Source: the human T2T-CHM13v2.0 reference genome, Homo sapiens. From it: a DNA stretch of 64,000 nt. The notes under the pieces were generated by a model. It made no database searches, was not told the origin of the DNA, and saw only the letters and a program-made list of their open reading frames with translations. Shown piece by piece: positions 14,249 through 27,415 of this stretch. A program made the translations under genes and the position numbers. The stretch lies in assembly GCF_009914755.1 (NCBI RefSeq), contig NC_060941.1. One strand, written 5' to 3'. How positions within the stretch are numbered: the stretch's first letter is position 1; each line of letters begins with the position of its first letter.

Positions 14249-16354
14249 AGCTTTGAGTCAGATCTAGAGTCAATGCTCAAACCCATCAATCATTAATTAT
14301 TTGAAATTAAACACCTTTTGAAAAACCATTCTAAATCTTTGTTTCATTGCATATAAAATGTGTATAATAATATCTACTTCAGAGTAGATATTGGTAATGC
14401 TGGTAATAATAATAGTGGTAATATCAATAATAGTGGCTGCATTTGCTGAACGCTAAATTCTGGTTACAGAGCCAAGTAATCTACATACTGGGTATAACAT
14501 TCTTAGCTCATAACTTTTCCACTAACTCACCAACACTCAAAAACAAACCCTTGATCTAGGTACTACTATTGTCTCCATTTAAAGATGAGTTGAGGCACAG
14601 AAGTTAAATATCTTGCCAATAGTTAAAGACCTAGTACATACAGGAGCTTGTATTTAAACGTAGGCAGAGTTCAGAGCCCATGCTCTTAAATGGAGGCCAT
14701 CATGCTTTGATTTACCATAGTATTACCCTATACCAGATAGGAGGCCCATTTGCCTAGGAGGTCAGGGAGGGAACAGATATATGGGGTAGGAATGTCACTC
14801 CTCTGCCTGAGATACTCTATTCCTGTTTGTAGTTCTAGCTCAGTTACCTAGAGCTCTAGGGCAATGTTTCAGAGCAATTCTCCCCAACAACCACCCACTT
14901 CCTTAGTTTTAAGGCAGTTTTGCAACTGCCCTGCTTTATTCAGCCTGGGAATTCATTCCAAGTATAAACTGCAATTGAATGCTTCAAGTAGCTTCTGTGT
15001 TTGTTCCAGATGCACTTACCCCCAGATTTTAACTGTCCTCTTGCTCCAAGTTTGGGGAGGGAGGTATTGGTTAAATTTTGCTTAGTGGCCCTTCTTCTTT
15101 CTCCCTAGATGAGTCTCACCTTATATATGTCATGAATCACAAATCAATGGGCCATTTTCCCAATCTAACCTCATCTATACTCTAATTTGCAGAAATTCTT
15201 AGAAATTATAGCCAAGGGGACGCTACCTGGATTCAAATGCACAGGTTTTTGTTTTGTTTTGTTTTGTTGTTTGTTTGTTTTTAAATATAGAGACTTTGGG
15301 AGGGAGAACTGACTAAATGTGTGGGTTCAAACCATTATTTTAAATAAGTGGTCCTTTCATAGATCTTTCCAAGAGAATTTGGAAAACGCTAAGTGGAAAC
15401 CCAGATGTCTGTTGAGGGAAATGGTTATCTTCTCTGGACCTTCCACCACCCTCTGTACATGGAAGGGAATAGTACTGCAAGGATTGATTTTCCCACTGAA
15501 ACTTTCCTTAGAAAATGGAAATGATTAGAGTCAGTTTCAGATAACATTTTTCCCTCAGTTGCATAAATCAGAGTGCTAGCCAGAGCTCATTTTCAGATCA
15601 TGTTCTTTTTGTGTTCCTGTCAGTTCCTGGTTTTCAAACACCCATTCATAGAAGAGATCTTATCTATGGAAAAAGTTCTTCACTACTCTGGGGCAAAATA
15701 TTGAAGGATTTTTTTCATAAAGCTAAATTATTCTATTTAAATAGCCATCAGCTTATGTATCTTTTAAATTTTTTTGGCATTAAAATAATCTGTCTTTTAT
15801 GAAATGATTCTAACACTAGATGGTAGTTTGACGTGTTTTAAACACCCTTACAACGTTAAAAGTTGGCAATACTATGTTGGTTTCAAAATTATTTTTGACT
15901 TTTTTTCTTGTCTATATAATTCCAAACCCTATGAACCACTGGAATGTATCTTTGAATAGTTTTTCAACAAGTGGAATATTTTCTGAGCCCTTGCATTTTT
16001 GAGAATGCTCGCCTGTCCTAGTGAAAGACAAATTGCTGGTTATAACATTCTTAGCTCATAACTTTTCCCTCCTCAAAAACAGTGGAGTCGTTTGGCATCT
16101 AACTGTTGCAGAGGAAACATCTGAAACCAACCCAAAGTTCTGTTCTCCTGTAAATAAATTTTTACTGAATAGCTGAAAGATTTCTTTCATTTATTATACT
16201 TTCTCCCTTTCTCAAGGCATAGTACACATTTTCACCAACCACATGCCACTGAGATGGAATATGTGGTGGCTGACGGCCAAGTGGCTAGATTCTAGCATCT
16301 CCTAAGTTAAAATCGAATTTCCATACTTTACTAGCCACTGTATCCTTGGGCAAA

Positions 16355-17110
16355 GTTATGGGTTGAATTGTATCTACCCAAAAGATATGTTGATGTTCTA
16401 ACCCCCCGTATCTGTGAATGTCATTTTTGTTTTTGTTTTTTTTTTTTTTTTTTTTGAGAGAGGGTCTCACTCTATCACCTAGGCTGGAGTGCAGTGGTGG
16501 GATCATGGCTCACTGCAGCCTCTATCTCCTGGGCTCAAGGGACGCTCCAGCCCCAACCTCCCAAGTAGAAGGGACTACTGGCACTCACAATGATGCCCAG
16601 CTAATTTTAAAAATTTTTTGTAGAGATAGAGTCTCACTATGTTACCCATGCTGGTCTCAAACCCCTGAGTTCGGGGAATCCTCCCACCTTGGCCTCCCAA
16701 AGTGCTGAGATTGCAGGTGTGAGCCACACACCCGGCCTGAATGTGATCTTAGTTGGTGTAATCAAATTAAGGTGAGGTTATTAGGGTGGACCCTAATCTA
16801 ATAAGACTGGTGTCCTTTTAAGAAGAGAGAAATTTGGACCCAGACACCTAGGGAGGAGAATGCCATGGGAAGACAGACCCAAGGAAAGACAGCCATGTGA
16901 AGTTGGAGGCAGAGACTTGAGTTTTGCTGCCACAAGCCAAAGAATGCCAGGGGCTACGAGAAGCTAGAAGAGGTAAGAAAGGATCCTTGCTGGAGGTTTC
17001 TGAGGAAGCATGGCCCCTTGGACACTTCCAGCCTGGTAAGAGTGAGACAATAGGCATCTGTTGTTTACAGTTACCCAGTACATTACAGCAGCCCCAGGAA
17101 ATTAAAGCAA
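16355..17110 (+). mobile_element. MLT1B/C-like solo LTR, split by an Alu and lying inside a MIR
   Basis: gttatgggttgaattgt start; ccctaatc...actggtgtcctt.taagaagag; ccacaagccaa.gaatgccag. Confidence 0.8.
16423..16737 (-). mobile_element. AluJ
   Basis: Dimer with T tail; TSD-like tgaatgt(c/g)at. Confidence 0.92.
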
Positions 17111-17887
17111 CTGATTTCTCAAACACTTTGGGCTTCAATGACTTCATGAAATGTAGATGATAATGTGTTTAAAGTTGTAAGATTATAAGATTGCTGAGAA
17201 GATTAAATGTGATTAAATGAGACAAGATATATAAATTCTGGCACATTTTAGCTAATAAATAAAATGGGTTGTTTGTTGTCATCATCCTGAACACCACCAT
17301 TACCATCACCACCACCCCCTTCCTTGGATAGTCCTCTCTCCTGGAAACAGTTTTTCTATACTCTTGAAATTTTTATACAAAACTTGTATGATTTTTATAA
17401 CACAATAGTCATTTTTTTTAAACTGTGGATTCTCAGGCCCACCACAAAAAATCTTTGATTCAGTGGGTCTTGGTGGAATGGGTATTGTTTGAAGGTATCC
17501 AGATATGAACTCTCATTAAGTATTGAAAGTGCAATGTCATTTAAGTGTAGACCTCGCATTAGTATTCCTGTTCTATAAATATGGAAACTGAAATAAAAGA
17601 AAATTGAACCAAGTCAGAAAATGTAAACTTGAGTAACTTTTTCAAGGTGAACTTCAATAACTTCACCAGTTTGATGAAATGAGTCTAGGCCCTAAACTTC
17701 CAGATAATGAGGCATTGTAATACCTCAACAATACCTCCATAATATATAAAATATGGGAGATGGTCCATTAGGAGGATTAAGAACACATGTTTTGGAATCA
17801 GAAAGGTTTAAATTCTAGCTGCGGCACTTACTTTCTAGCTATGAGAACTTGGGGAAATTATTTAACCTTTTAAGATCTTAGCTTTTC

Positions 17888-18000
17888 TTTTCTTTTTTCT
17901 TTTTTTTTTTTGAGATGGAGTTTTGCCTTGTCACCCAGGATCCGCCCACCTTGGCCTCCCAAAGTGCTGGGATTACAGGCATGAGCCACCGTGCTCAGCC
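17888..18000 (-). mobile_element. Alu with large internal deletion, inside a MIR
   Basis: Both Alu ends joined at cacccagg|atccgccc; TSD ag(a/g)tcttagcttttc at 17873-17887 and 18002-18016. Confidence 0.88.
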
Positions 18001-18214
18001 CAGGTCTTAGCTTTTCATCTGAACATGAGAATACCATGTATCTGGGTTCTTTTGAAAAAGTGAATGAGATGTCATGATTAAGCATTATTAGTATTATTGT
18101 TAGCACAGTAAGTGCTAAGTAAATAGTGCATTTTTGCAACGTACATTGACATTTATTTCAAAAAAAGAAATCAGCAGTTTCATCTGCTATTGACTGTCTT
18201 AAAGGTACAAATGC

Positions 18215-18533
<319 letters not shown>

Positions 18534-19199
18534 TTAGAAAAGAATGCTCTTCATGCTTTCCCCTCCTAGTGGCTTGTTAATGGTTATTGTTCTGATAATA
18601 ACTTACCTGGGATTCTACTTATTAATATGCCCTTAGTGATTCTCCTTGTAAGATGTTATTCTCTATTTTTATAATATTGACTATAAAAATTGACAGGTCA
18701 TTTGATTGACAGGTCATACTGACTGACAAGTCATCTACCAGAATACATAAGACTCATTTTTAAGAGTACCTCATAACTAAGAGAAAATGTATCTGTGAGA
18801 ATGTTCTGACTGGTTATGATTTCCTCAATCAGTAGTGCCCAATAAGGTTAGTTTCCTGCTATTCTTAGAACATTTCACCGTATTCTTCATGAAGCTCTAA
18901 GATGTCAAGAAGGGAATAAGGCAAGAAATGCTTTCCTTGGTGTGGGAAATCAGACATTCTGACCTCATCAGAGGAGTTGGACACACAGCAAATGGCAAGA
19001 AACAAGGCAGGAACCTGCACAAAATTTCTTTTATTTTTGCATTATTTAAACCATTGTGGATTTAAGTCATATTAGAAACAGCCACCATATTCGAATCTGT
19101 TTTTTGTTAAATGTGATATCCTTTTTTGGATAGCTGACATGATTCTAGTTGTCTGTCCATGTCACCTGTCCTCAGCAAGCTTTGATGTCAGGTTGCTCA

Positions 19200-19735
19200 C
19201 TCCTTGCCTCACTCACTGAATGCATCAACCAGGATGAAATGAACAGACAACTAAACAGTAGCTTAAGCATCATAATACACCTGTAGCCATCAGTCTGCAG
19301 ACAGATGTTCCTGACTTGGTGTAGCGGCTCAACAATTTCCTCAAGAAGCTGGGCTCTATTTTTTTCTGCTTTTCCTTCCTTGGCATGTCTACTTGTCCTC
19401 ATGCTTGTCACCTCATCATTGCAAGATAGCTGCCTCAGTTCCAGCAATTACATCCACAGTCTTGCCTCCTGAGTATAAAAGAAAAAAGGCAGAAAGAGCA
19501 CCTCCCTTCGCGTGCCCAGCTCTTTCAATGGTAAACAAAATTATCCACCAAAACCTTACCAGCCAGTCTCTCCTTATATCTCTTTAGCCAGAACTGAGAA
19601 ACATAGCCATCACTGGCTGTAAGAAACTCCGGAAATGTGACCGAGAATACTCTGATAAACTTAAAGCAATCATGATTCATCTCCTGGCATATTGCTTTCC
19701 TTAACAAAATCAAGGTCTGTTTATTTAAAAGGGAG
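19200..19735 (-). mobile_element. Old MLT1 (K/L-like) LTR
   Basis: ttgtcctcatgcttgtcacctcat..ttgcaagatagctgc..cagttccag motif. Confidence 0.55.
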
Positions 19736-20079
19736 AACACCATGGCAGTGAATAGAATTTGTTATAGTGCATTTCCCTCCTGCTTTTTCCTTTTTCTGAG
19801 TCCAGTACTGCACTTTTCAGTTTTGGTATCCCAAAACTCATGCATGGAATCGAGCCCTGGGGAGTAAAGATGGAAAAGGGTGGCTGGCAGGTTTTAGCTG
19901 AGGTGTAATATCTGATTGAAGTGACCTTGGACTAGGATCCTAGCCTGATGTTATCAGTCACTGCAGAGGAACTATTAAGAGATCTTAGGAACTGATTTAA
20001 GTTACTCAGTCTCAGAGGCGACTGACTGTAAACTCTAATCTGTACACTTAGAGTGGAACATCTACTCAGATAACTCCCA

Positions 20080-20621
20080 TCAGTTATCTGCCCTGGCTCC
20101 AAAGCTACCCTTCCATATTGTGCCGAGAGCTGGCAGACTGCAAGCCACATTCCTGCAAACCACAATCTCTGTCAATGAGGCCTTAGTAATGCTACAAGAC
20201 TGGGCCAAGGAGGACTCGCTCCTCCTATTGCTTCCTGTCCGCCTGCAATTCCTATGAGCACCACTCCAAAGCTTCTAGAATTCCCAGCAGCAGCTGAGCC
20301 CCATTTGCAGCTTTCCCAACACATAAAGAACCAGCTCTACCAGCTCCTGCTCCGTGACAAGAGCACCAGGGGTGCAGTGTCCCTCCTTAACAGCCTGAGT
20401 TTCCACTCCTCTAAGTTTCTAAGTTGTAATAATTCCAACTTCTTTTTGTTTCCCCAGCCATAGAGGTGGTAGCTGCTTCTTAGTTACCAGCACCCTAACT
20501 TTATTTTTGCCCTTTGGATTACCTAGTTAACAACTTTATAGCACATTAACCTTTCTTTAGGTTAAATTCTTTCAAATAATTGGTGTGATTTCTGTCTCCT
20601 GACTGGACCCTAGCTAATTCA
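20080..20621 (+). mobile_element. LTR33-like ERVL LTR
   Basis: ttccccagcc.tagaggtggtagctgcttc and terminal ttctgtctcctgactggaccct. Confidence 0.65.
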
Positions 20622-22112
20622 GTAGTGTTATGTCATGAAGAGATAGTCAAATGAAGAAATCTTAAAATACCCTATGCTTTCCCACACTGGGGTTACTTAC
20701 TGTAGTTACAGGACCTTCACAAAGCCTCCAATGGAAGACAAGGCCAGAGAGAGGCCACTGTTTATTACCACATTAAGGTTCTGGCCCCATATGCTTATGT
20801 GGAAGCCCTAACTTTGGTGAGCAGGGTTAGATCTGGTGGGTCTGACAAGGAGGGGCCTGAGCACCCTCCTTTTCCCTGGGCCTCTTTCAAAGCAGAAGAC
20901 CCATCTCAAGCAAGAGACATATTCAGACTCGTCTTGTCATCACCTTCCCAATGTGATGGGACTAGGGGAAGAACAATCAAGGATGATGGGTAGGGGCGGG
21001 GGTTTATTTTGAGAGAGAAAAACCGAAAGGTCAGGAAAATCAAGAGACTGACTCCAAAGAGAGGATGTCAAGTGAAAACCCAGATGTTCATCCCTTTTCA
21101 TCATCTCTCCAAAAGCCTGACTCTCAGGAGCATGCTCACTAATATCCTTGTTCTTAACCTATCCATATTAGCATTCCTTTCTGGGGATGAGGGGCACCCT
21201 TATCCTGGAGAACTCTAAGTAGAGTCTGGTGAACAAATTTTGAGATGCTAGCATGGTGAACAAGAACAAGGTAAGTTGGTCTTTAGGAATATTTCCATGA
21301 AATAAGGAAGTTCCCATTTTCCACATCACAGATCTTAGGTCTGATAAATTGGGATCAATTGTCTAGCTCATGGTACCCTCATTCCTAAATAGCATAGGAG
21401 GCACATAAAAATTCTTATTTATTTTTAAATTTTGCTTTCTCTAGATTCATCAAATTGCTTCATTTTGATGAATAAACTTCATCAAATTGCTTTATTACAA
21501 TAAATTTTTGAATATTATTACCCCTAAATTTTCCTTTTGAAAACACATATTTAAAAAACTATTAACATTTTCTTGTCATTGCTTGCTTATTAAAGCATAT
21601 GGAGAGTCATTTAATAGAAACAGCTATCGCTTTTGACCTGACTATGAGCTAGGCACAGTAGCTCATTAACTTTACTATTAATCTATATTCACATTAATGG
21701 TATATTGTTTGAATTAAGCAGTACCACAGGGGGCAGAAAACCCAAACACCATGTTAACAAGTTAGAAGTTTATTTGTCTCTCATGAAACCAGTCTAGGAC
21801 TGATACAGCAGTTCCACAAGCAGTAGAGACCCAAGCTCCGCCTATTTTATTGCTCTGCTGTCTTCAACATGTGGCTGGTATCTCATTATTAAGGATTCTC
21901 GGAACTTAAACACATTGCCTACGCTTGCATCCTACTGTTGAGAATCAGTTGCAAAGTCACACCCAGCTGCAAGGGAGGCTGGGAAATGCCTTTATTCTGG
22001 ACAGTTACATCTTCCACTCTACATGAGGAGGGAAGAGCTATTGGTAGATGATGAGCAGTCTGTCCAACACAAGGACCTTTGATCTCCTTGAGTAGCTCTT
22101 CCTAATTTTAAA

Positions 22113-22960
22113 ACAGGTTTATTGGTAGATAATCCACATTCTACACAATTTGCCTATTTAAAGTGTACAATTAAATGATTTTTAACATATTCAGAGTTGT
22201 GCAACTATCACTAAAATCAATTTTAGAACATTTTCATCCTCCTCCATCCTAAATAAACCCTGTACCCATTAGCAGCCACTTCTCTTTTACCTCTACCCAC
22301 TTTCCCAGCCATAGGCAACCACTAACCTATTTTCTGTCTCTATGGATTTGACTACTTTGGACATTTCATATAAATGAAACCATCCAATATGTGGTCTTTG
22401 GTGACCGGCTTCTTATACTTGGTATGTTTTTGTGGTTCATACATATCATGGCATGTATTGGTACTTCATTTTCATTTTATGGCCAAATATTCCACTGTAT
22501 GGAGATACAACATTTTATTTATACATTAATCAGTTGATGGACACTTGGGTTGTAGCCACTTTTTGGCAATTATGAATAATACTGCTATGAATATTCACAT
22601 ATAAATTTTTGTGTGGATGTATGCTTTTATTTGTCTTGAGTCTATTCCTGGGAGAGAAACTGCTGGATCATACAGGTCCACGTTTAACTTATTAAGGAAC
22701 AGCTAAACTGTTTTCTAAAGTGACTACATCATTTTATATCCCCATCAGCAATCTATGAGGGTTCCAGTTTCTCCATATCCTCGTCAACACTTGTTAATAT
22801 TTGACTCTCTGATTACAGCCATTGAAGTGGATGTGAAATGATATCTCATTATAGGTTTGCTTTGCATTTCCCTAATGACTAATGATGTTAAGGTTTTTTT
22901 CCCCTCATGCTTCTTGGCATTTGTAAGTCTGCTTGGGAGAAAGTCTATTCAAATCATTAG
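22113..22960 (-). mobile_element. L1MB 3' fragment
   Basis: tttaaagtgtacaatt...cagagttgtgcaactatcac..aatcaattttagaacattttcatc. Confidence 0.85.
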
Positions 22961-23351
22961 CCTACCCTTAGGTTTTGAAATCTATTGTTTTCAAATACAC
23001 AGCTCTGGGTCAACTGGTTACATCCTGCATACTAGGTTGGGATTTTTTTCTCCTTTTAGCTCCTAGAGAAAGCTGGGTCTTTATCTATTGTGGGAATTCA
23101 GCAAGGCTCAGAAAAAGTTAGCATTTACTTCAAAGTCATGTGATATGGTATAAATTGCAGATTTTATTCAGTACATGTAGACTTTCTGAGAAGAAATCCT
23201 ATTTGAAAGCAAAGGAGCAGACAACCTACAGGACAAGATGGAACTAGAGTATAGGTTAGTTTCCATTTTCTAGGTTCTCAAGCTTTTTAAATATTAATTT
23301 TAAGAAACAAGGTACAAAGCTTTACGAACACTATTTAAAAATATATAAGTA

Positions 23352-23660
23352 GGCTGAGCACAGTGGCTCACGCCTATAATCACAGCACTTTGAAAGGCTG
23401 AGGCAGAAGGATAGCTTAAGCCCAGGAGTTCAAGATCAGCCTCGGCAACACAGTGAGACCCCTGTCTCTACAAAAAATTTAAAACTTAGCCAGGCATGCT
23501 GGTATGTGCTTATAGTCCCAGTTACTTAGGAGGCTGAAGCAGGAGGATTAACTGAGCCTGGGAGGTTAAGGCTGCAGTGAGCTATGATCACACCACTGCA
23601 CTCCCACACAGGTGACAGAGTGAGACCCTGTCTCAAAAACAAAAACAAAAAAAGAAAAAA
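23352..23660 (+). mobile_element. AluJ
   Basis: Dimer, gcccaggagttcaag J-type diagnostics, A-rich tail. Confidence 0.92.
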
Positions 23661-24526
23661 CATAAGTAAGTGGTAACAACCATATTAACACACAATTGAA
23701 TGATATAACTCAACTTTCTGTAATTATGGAATAATATATATAATGCTTTTAGCTAAAAATAATGATTTCAGTTATTTACATCTATTTAATATTTTAGTTA
23801 AAAAATAATGCTTTTGATTACTTATATCTCTTTCCACAAGTGATACTAAACATAGCTTGTGAAATATATTTTGCTTGAAATGTGAAATGCAAAGTCAAAT
23901 AAATACCATATCTAATTGTGGAGCCCTATACTATTTCATTAACGAAGATGCTACAGGTAGACTGAGGGACAAAAAAAAAAGACAATATAATGAAATGGAA
24001 AAAATGCTGACTTGGATGTCTAGCGTCAATGTTCTATCACAGAGTAAATCACTTAACCTCTCTGGACCTGGATTTACAAATCTAGAAATGAAAAGGTAGA
24101 GAGCTATATGGATTTCTGAGGCCTATCTCTAAAAGTCCTATTTCCCGTTTTAATGGTATTTCATAAAATGGGTTGTGTTCAAAATGTTTGGAAAGCTGTG
24201 GGTCAAACAGTTATGATACTCTTTCAGTTACTCATCCAAAATCTATTCCCCACTTCTTCCTTGGTTTAACGTTAATTTGATTTGAGACAGCAATATGGCT
24301 AGGTCCACAGTGATGAATTGAGACTGGCCTAACGAAATCATTGCAACCCTGTTTTCAGCTTTCCTTGCTTCCCTTGCAGCTACTCATGGCCAAGTCAATG
24401 TATATGGCCATGGAACCCTCTTCATTCCAGAAGTATCTCCAAAGGATTACTTTTCTGGAGAGTATGATGGCCTAGGCTAACTTTACTATAAATAGTAGAT
24501 AGATAAGTGCATTTCCTGGCCAGTAA

Positions 24527-24893
<367 letters not shown>

Positions 24894-25620
24894 TAAAAAC
24901 CTATGCATTCATTTGTGTACTTGGCCTTACCTTGTGCCCATTTTTGGAAAAAAATTTAAAACAAAGGAAGTATCTGTTGGTCAAGAAGGTGCATGTCTAT
25001 TAAACCCCTTGCCTATCATAAGCCTAGAGAACTTGGGAGTTAGTGAAATATAACATTCATGTTAATCAACCTTTTAGACATGGTTGTGTTGTGAAGTAAA
25101 AGCTGGAATTCAGTATTCTCAGTTCTGTATATCATTATCACCAGCGGTGCTTTAAAGAGAAAATTATAGGTCTCTCTACATCTATCATACACCTCCTCAG
25201 ATTCAATGGGTCTAGAGGTGGCTTAGACATCTATAATTTTTTAAAGTCCTACATTTGATTCTGATAGGCTGCCAAGGTGAAAAACACTAAGTTTTATAAA
25301 TCACAGAAGCTATGACTCTTCAAGATGCTTAGGTGAGTAATGCCTTATGGCATGGTGAAAATAACACCCTCACAGGTTTCAGGGACTCAGGTCTTGGTTC
25401 TGGCACTCAACAGCTAGGTAACTTTGATCAGATTACTTAAAACTCTCTGGGCCTTAATGTGCCAGACTTAGAGAGGATAACTTTTGCTCTAGGTTTAAAC
25501 AAGTGTTTATAAAAGCACATGGAAAATTATAAAGAGTTCAAAAACTTTTAACGTAGTACTTAATGCTATTTTCCTCTTTATGGAGTGTCCTTTCCCTTTC
25601 TTTTATGCTGTAAAAATCTT

Positions 25621-25843
25621 TTTTTTTTTTTTTTTTTTTTTTACTTTCAGATCTAGGGTACATGGGCACAACGTGCAGGTTTGTTACATATGTATACATG
25701 TGCCATGTTGGTGTGCTGTACCCATTAACTCGTCATTTACATTAGGTATATCTCCTAATGCTATCCCTCCCCCCTCCCCCCATCCCACGACAGGCCCCAG
25801 TGTGTGTGATGTTCCCCTTCCTGTGTCCAAGTGTTCTCATTGT
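25621..25843 (-). mobile_element. 5'-truncated L1PA (PA3-5-like), about 220 bp
   Basis: poly(T) + L1PA 3'UTR; perfect 17-bp TSD TATGCTGTAAAAATCTT at 25604-25620 and 25845-25861. Confidence 0.95.
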
Positions 25844-26729
25844 GTATGCTGTAAAAATCTTACTGTTCCTTCCAGAGCACCAAGTTTAGATCTCTGAAGC
25901 TTTCCTTAAACCAACTGCACAGAAATGTTACCTCATCAGGGTTTCTGCAGCACTTTGTATACTACCCTTATCACACTGATAGTGACAATCGACAACCTCT
26001 TGTCCCCTCATTGGTCTAGTGTTAAGCTCCTACAGAATCGGGTGGGGGGGGGTGTCTTAATCTCTTCAGCGTCCCCTGTGCCTAGCAATGTTAGTTGAGG
26101 TGAACCAAAACGGCTATCCTCTCATCATTGAAAACACAGAAAAAAATGGCCTTTTTAGAACCCAATTACCTATTTTTTCTCTTCTTTTTCAAAAGCGGAA
26201 TCTTTTCTTCAATCTACTTTTTACTTGTGGAACCCCAATCTGAAAAGAAGATCGAGGGGTTGGGGGATGCTGAGATCTACCCTGGTAATCACAACACTTA
26301 TGATAACACAGGTAATAATCTATTAGTGCCTGTACCTAGTAGGTGTCTGGCTACCCATGAAACACATTTATCTAATTCTCTCAACCTCTTATAAAAGATG
26401 TACCATTATTACTCCATTGTATTGCTAGATAACTGAGGTTCAGAGGACTTAGGTAATTTGCTCCAACAAGGTCACAAGGCCAGAACTAGAATACGGATTT
26501 CACTCCAGACCACCAAATCTGAACCTCTACATGCAATCTGGAGATATCTGGATGATTCAGTTCCTTTAGTGTGGCTCAGAAACAAGTAACCCGGAGTTCC
26601 TCTGGGCTCCCATTTGATAGAGACTACGGTAAAGTGTAACTGATTAGACGTGGAGGTGGAAGCATCCCCACGAGAACCATTTCCTCATGATGCTCCTGTC
26701 ACCGGGAAGTGTTTTAATTTTAACTTTAT

Positions 26730-27026
26730 TTTTATTTTAAAATTTATTTTTAGAGACAGGGTCTCACTGTGTCGCCCAGACTGCAGTGCGGTGGCGCAAA
26801 CACTGCAACCTCGACCTCCCAGGCTCAAGCGATCCTCCCGCCTCAGCCTCCTGAGTAGCTGAGACCACAGGCACGCGCCACCACACCTGGCTAATTTTAC
26901 ATTTTTTGTAGAGGCGGGGTCTCGCTTTGTTGCCCAGGCTGGTCTCGAGTTCCCAGGATCAAGCGATCCTCCCGCTTCGGTCTCCCTAAGCACTGGGATT
27001 GCAGGCGTGAGCCACAGCGCCCGGCC
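26730..27026 (-). mobile_element. AluJ abutting the CpG island
   Basis: gagacagggtctcact, ggctcaagcgatcctccc J-type diagnostics. Confidence 0.92.
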
Positions 27027-27107
27027 GCTGTAACTTTAAATTGCCCGGGAGGACTCTGCAGCCCAACCCTGCCCACCTCACCCGGTCACCGGAGGATGCC
27101 TGTCAAC

Positions 27108-27123
27108 TTCTGGGAGCTGCAAG
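27108..27123 (-). promoter_or_regulatory. ZNF143 (SBS)-like motif
   Basis: TTCTGGGAGCTGCAAG resembles TTCTGGGARTTGTAGT, a motif enriched at bidirectional promoters. Confidence 0.4.
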
Positions 27124-27191
27124 CGCGGGCCGGCCAGTCGTCCGCGCGCGGCTTTTTCTTCAGGACAGCGGAGGCACACCGTGCTTTGCGG

Positions 27192-27202
27192 TTCCCGGAA
27201 GT
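27192..27202 (+). promoter_or_regulatory. Second ETS site CCGGAAGT overlapping a STAT GAS palindrome TTCCCGGAA
   Basis: Sequence TTCCCGGAAGT. Confidence 0.5.
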
Positions 27203-27294
27203 CCTTCAGGCCTCAGACCTGTCAGCCCGCCACACTCCAGCCAGTCCCTTCCGATCACCTCCAGACACCACGCTCTCCTTTCGGAGCCCGCCCG

Positions 27295-27306
27295 CCGGAA
27301 GTGACG
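27295..27306 (+). promoter_or_regulatory. ETS(GABP/NRF-2)-CRE composite motif CCGGAAGTGACG
   Basis: Exact CGGAAGTGACG overlap of an ETS site and a half-CRE, about 110 bp upstream of the ATG. Confidence 0.7.
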
Positions 27307-27327
27307 GCCCGGAACTACTCCCACAGG

Positions 27328-27336
27328 GGGGCGGGG
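27328..27336 (+). promoter_or_regulatory. GC box (SP/KLF)
   Basis: GGGGCGGGG. Confidence 0.55.
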
Positions 27337-27340
27337 AAGG

Positions 27341-27351
27341 AAGATGGCGGC
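27341..27351 (+). promoter_or_regulatory. YY1 motif AAGATGGCGGC containing an upstream ATG
   Basis: Matches the YY1 consensus; typical position just downstream of a TSS. Confidence 0.7.
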
Positions 27352-27415
27352 GCCCAGCGTCCCGTGAGGAGAGAGGACACAGGGATCCCGGGGAGCGGCC
27401 CCAGACTCGTAAATT

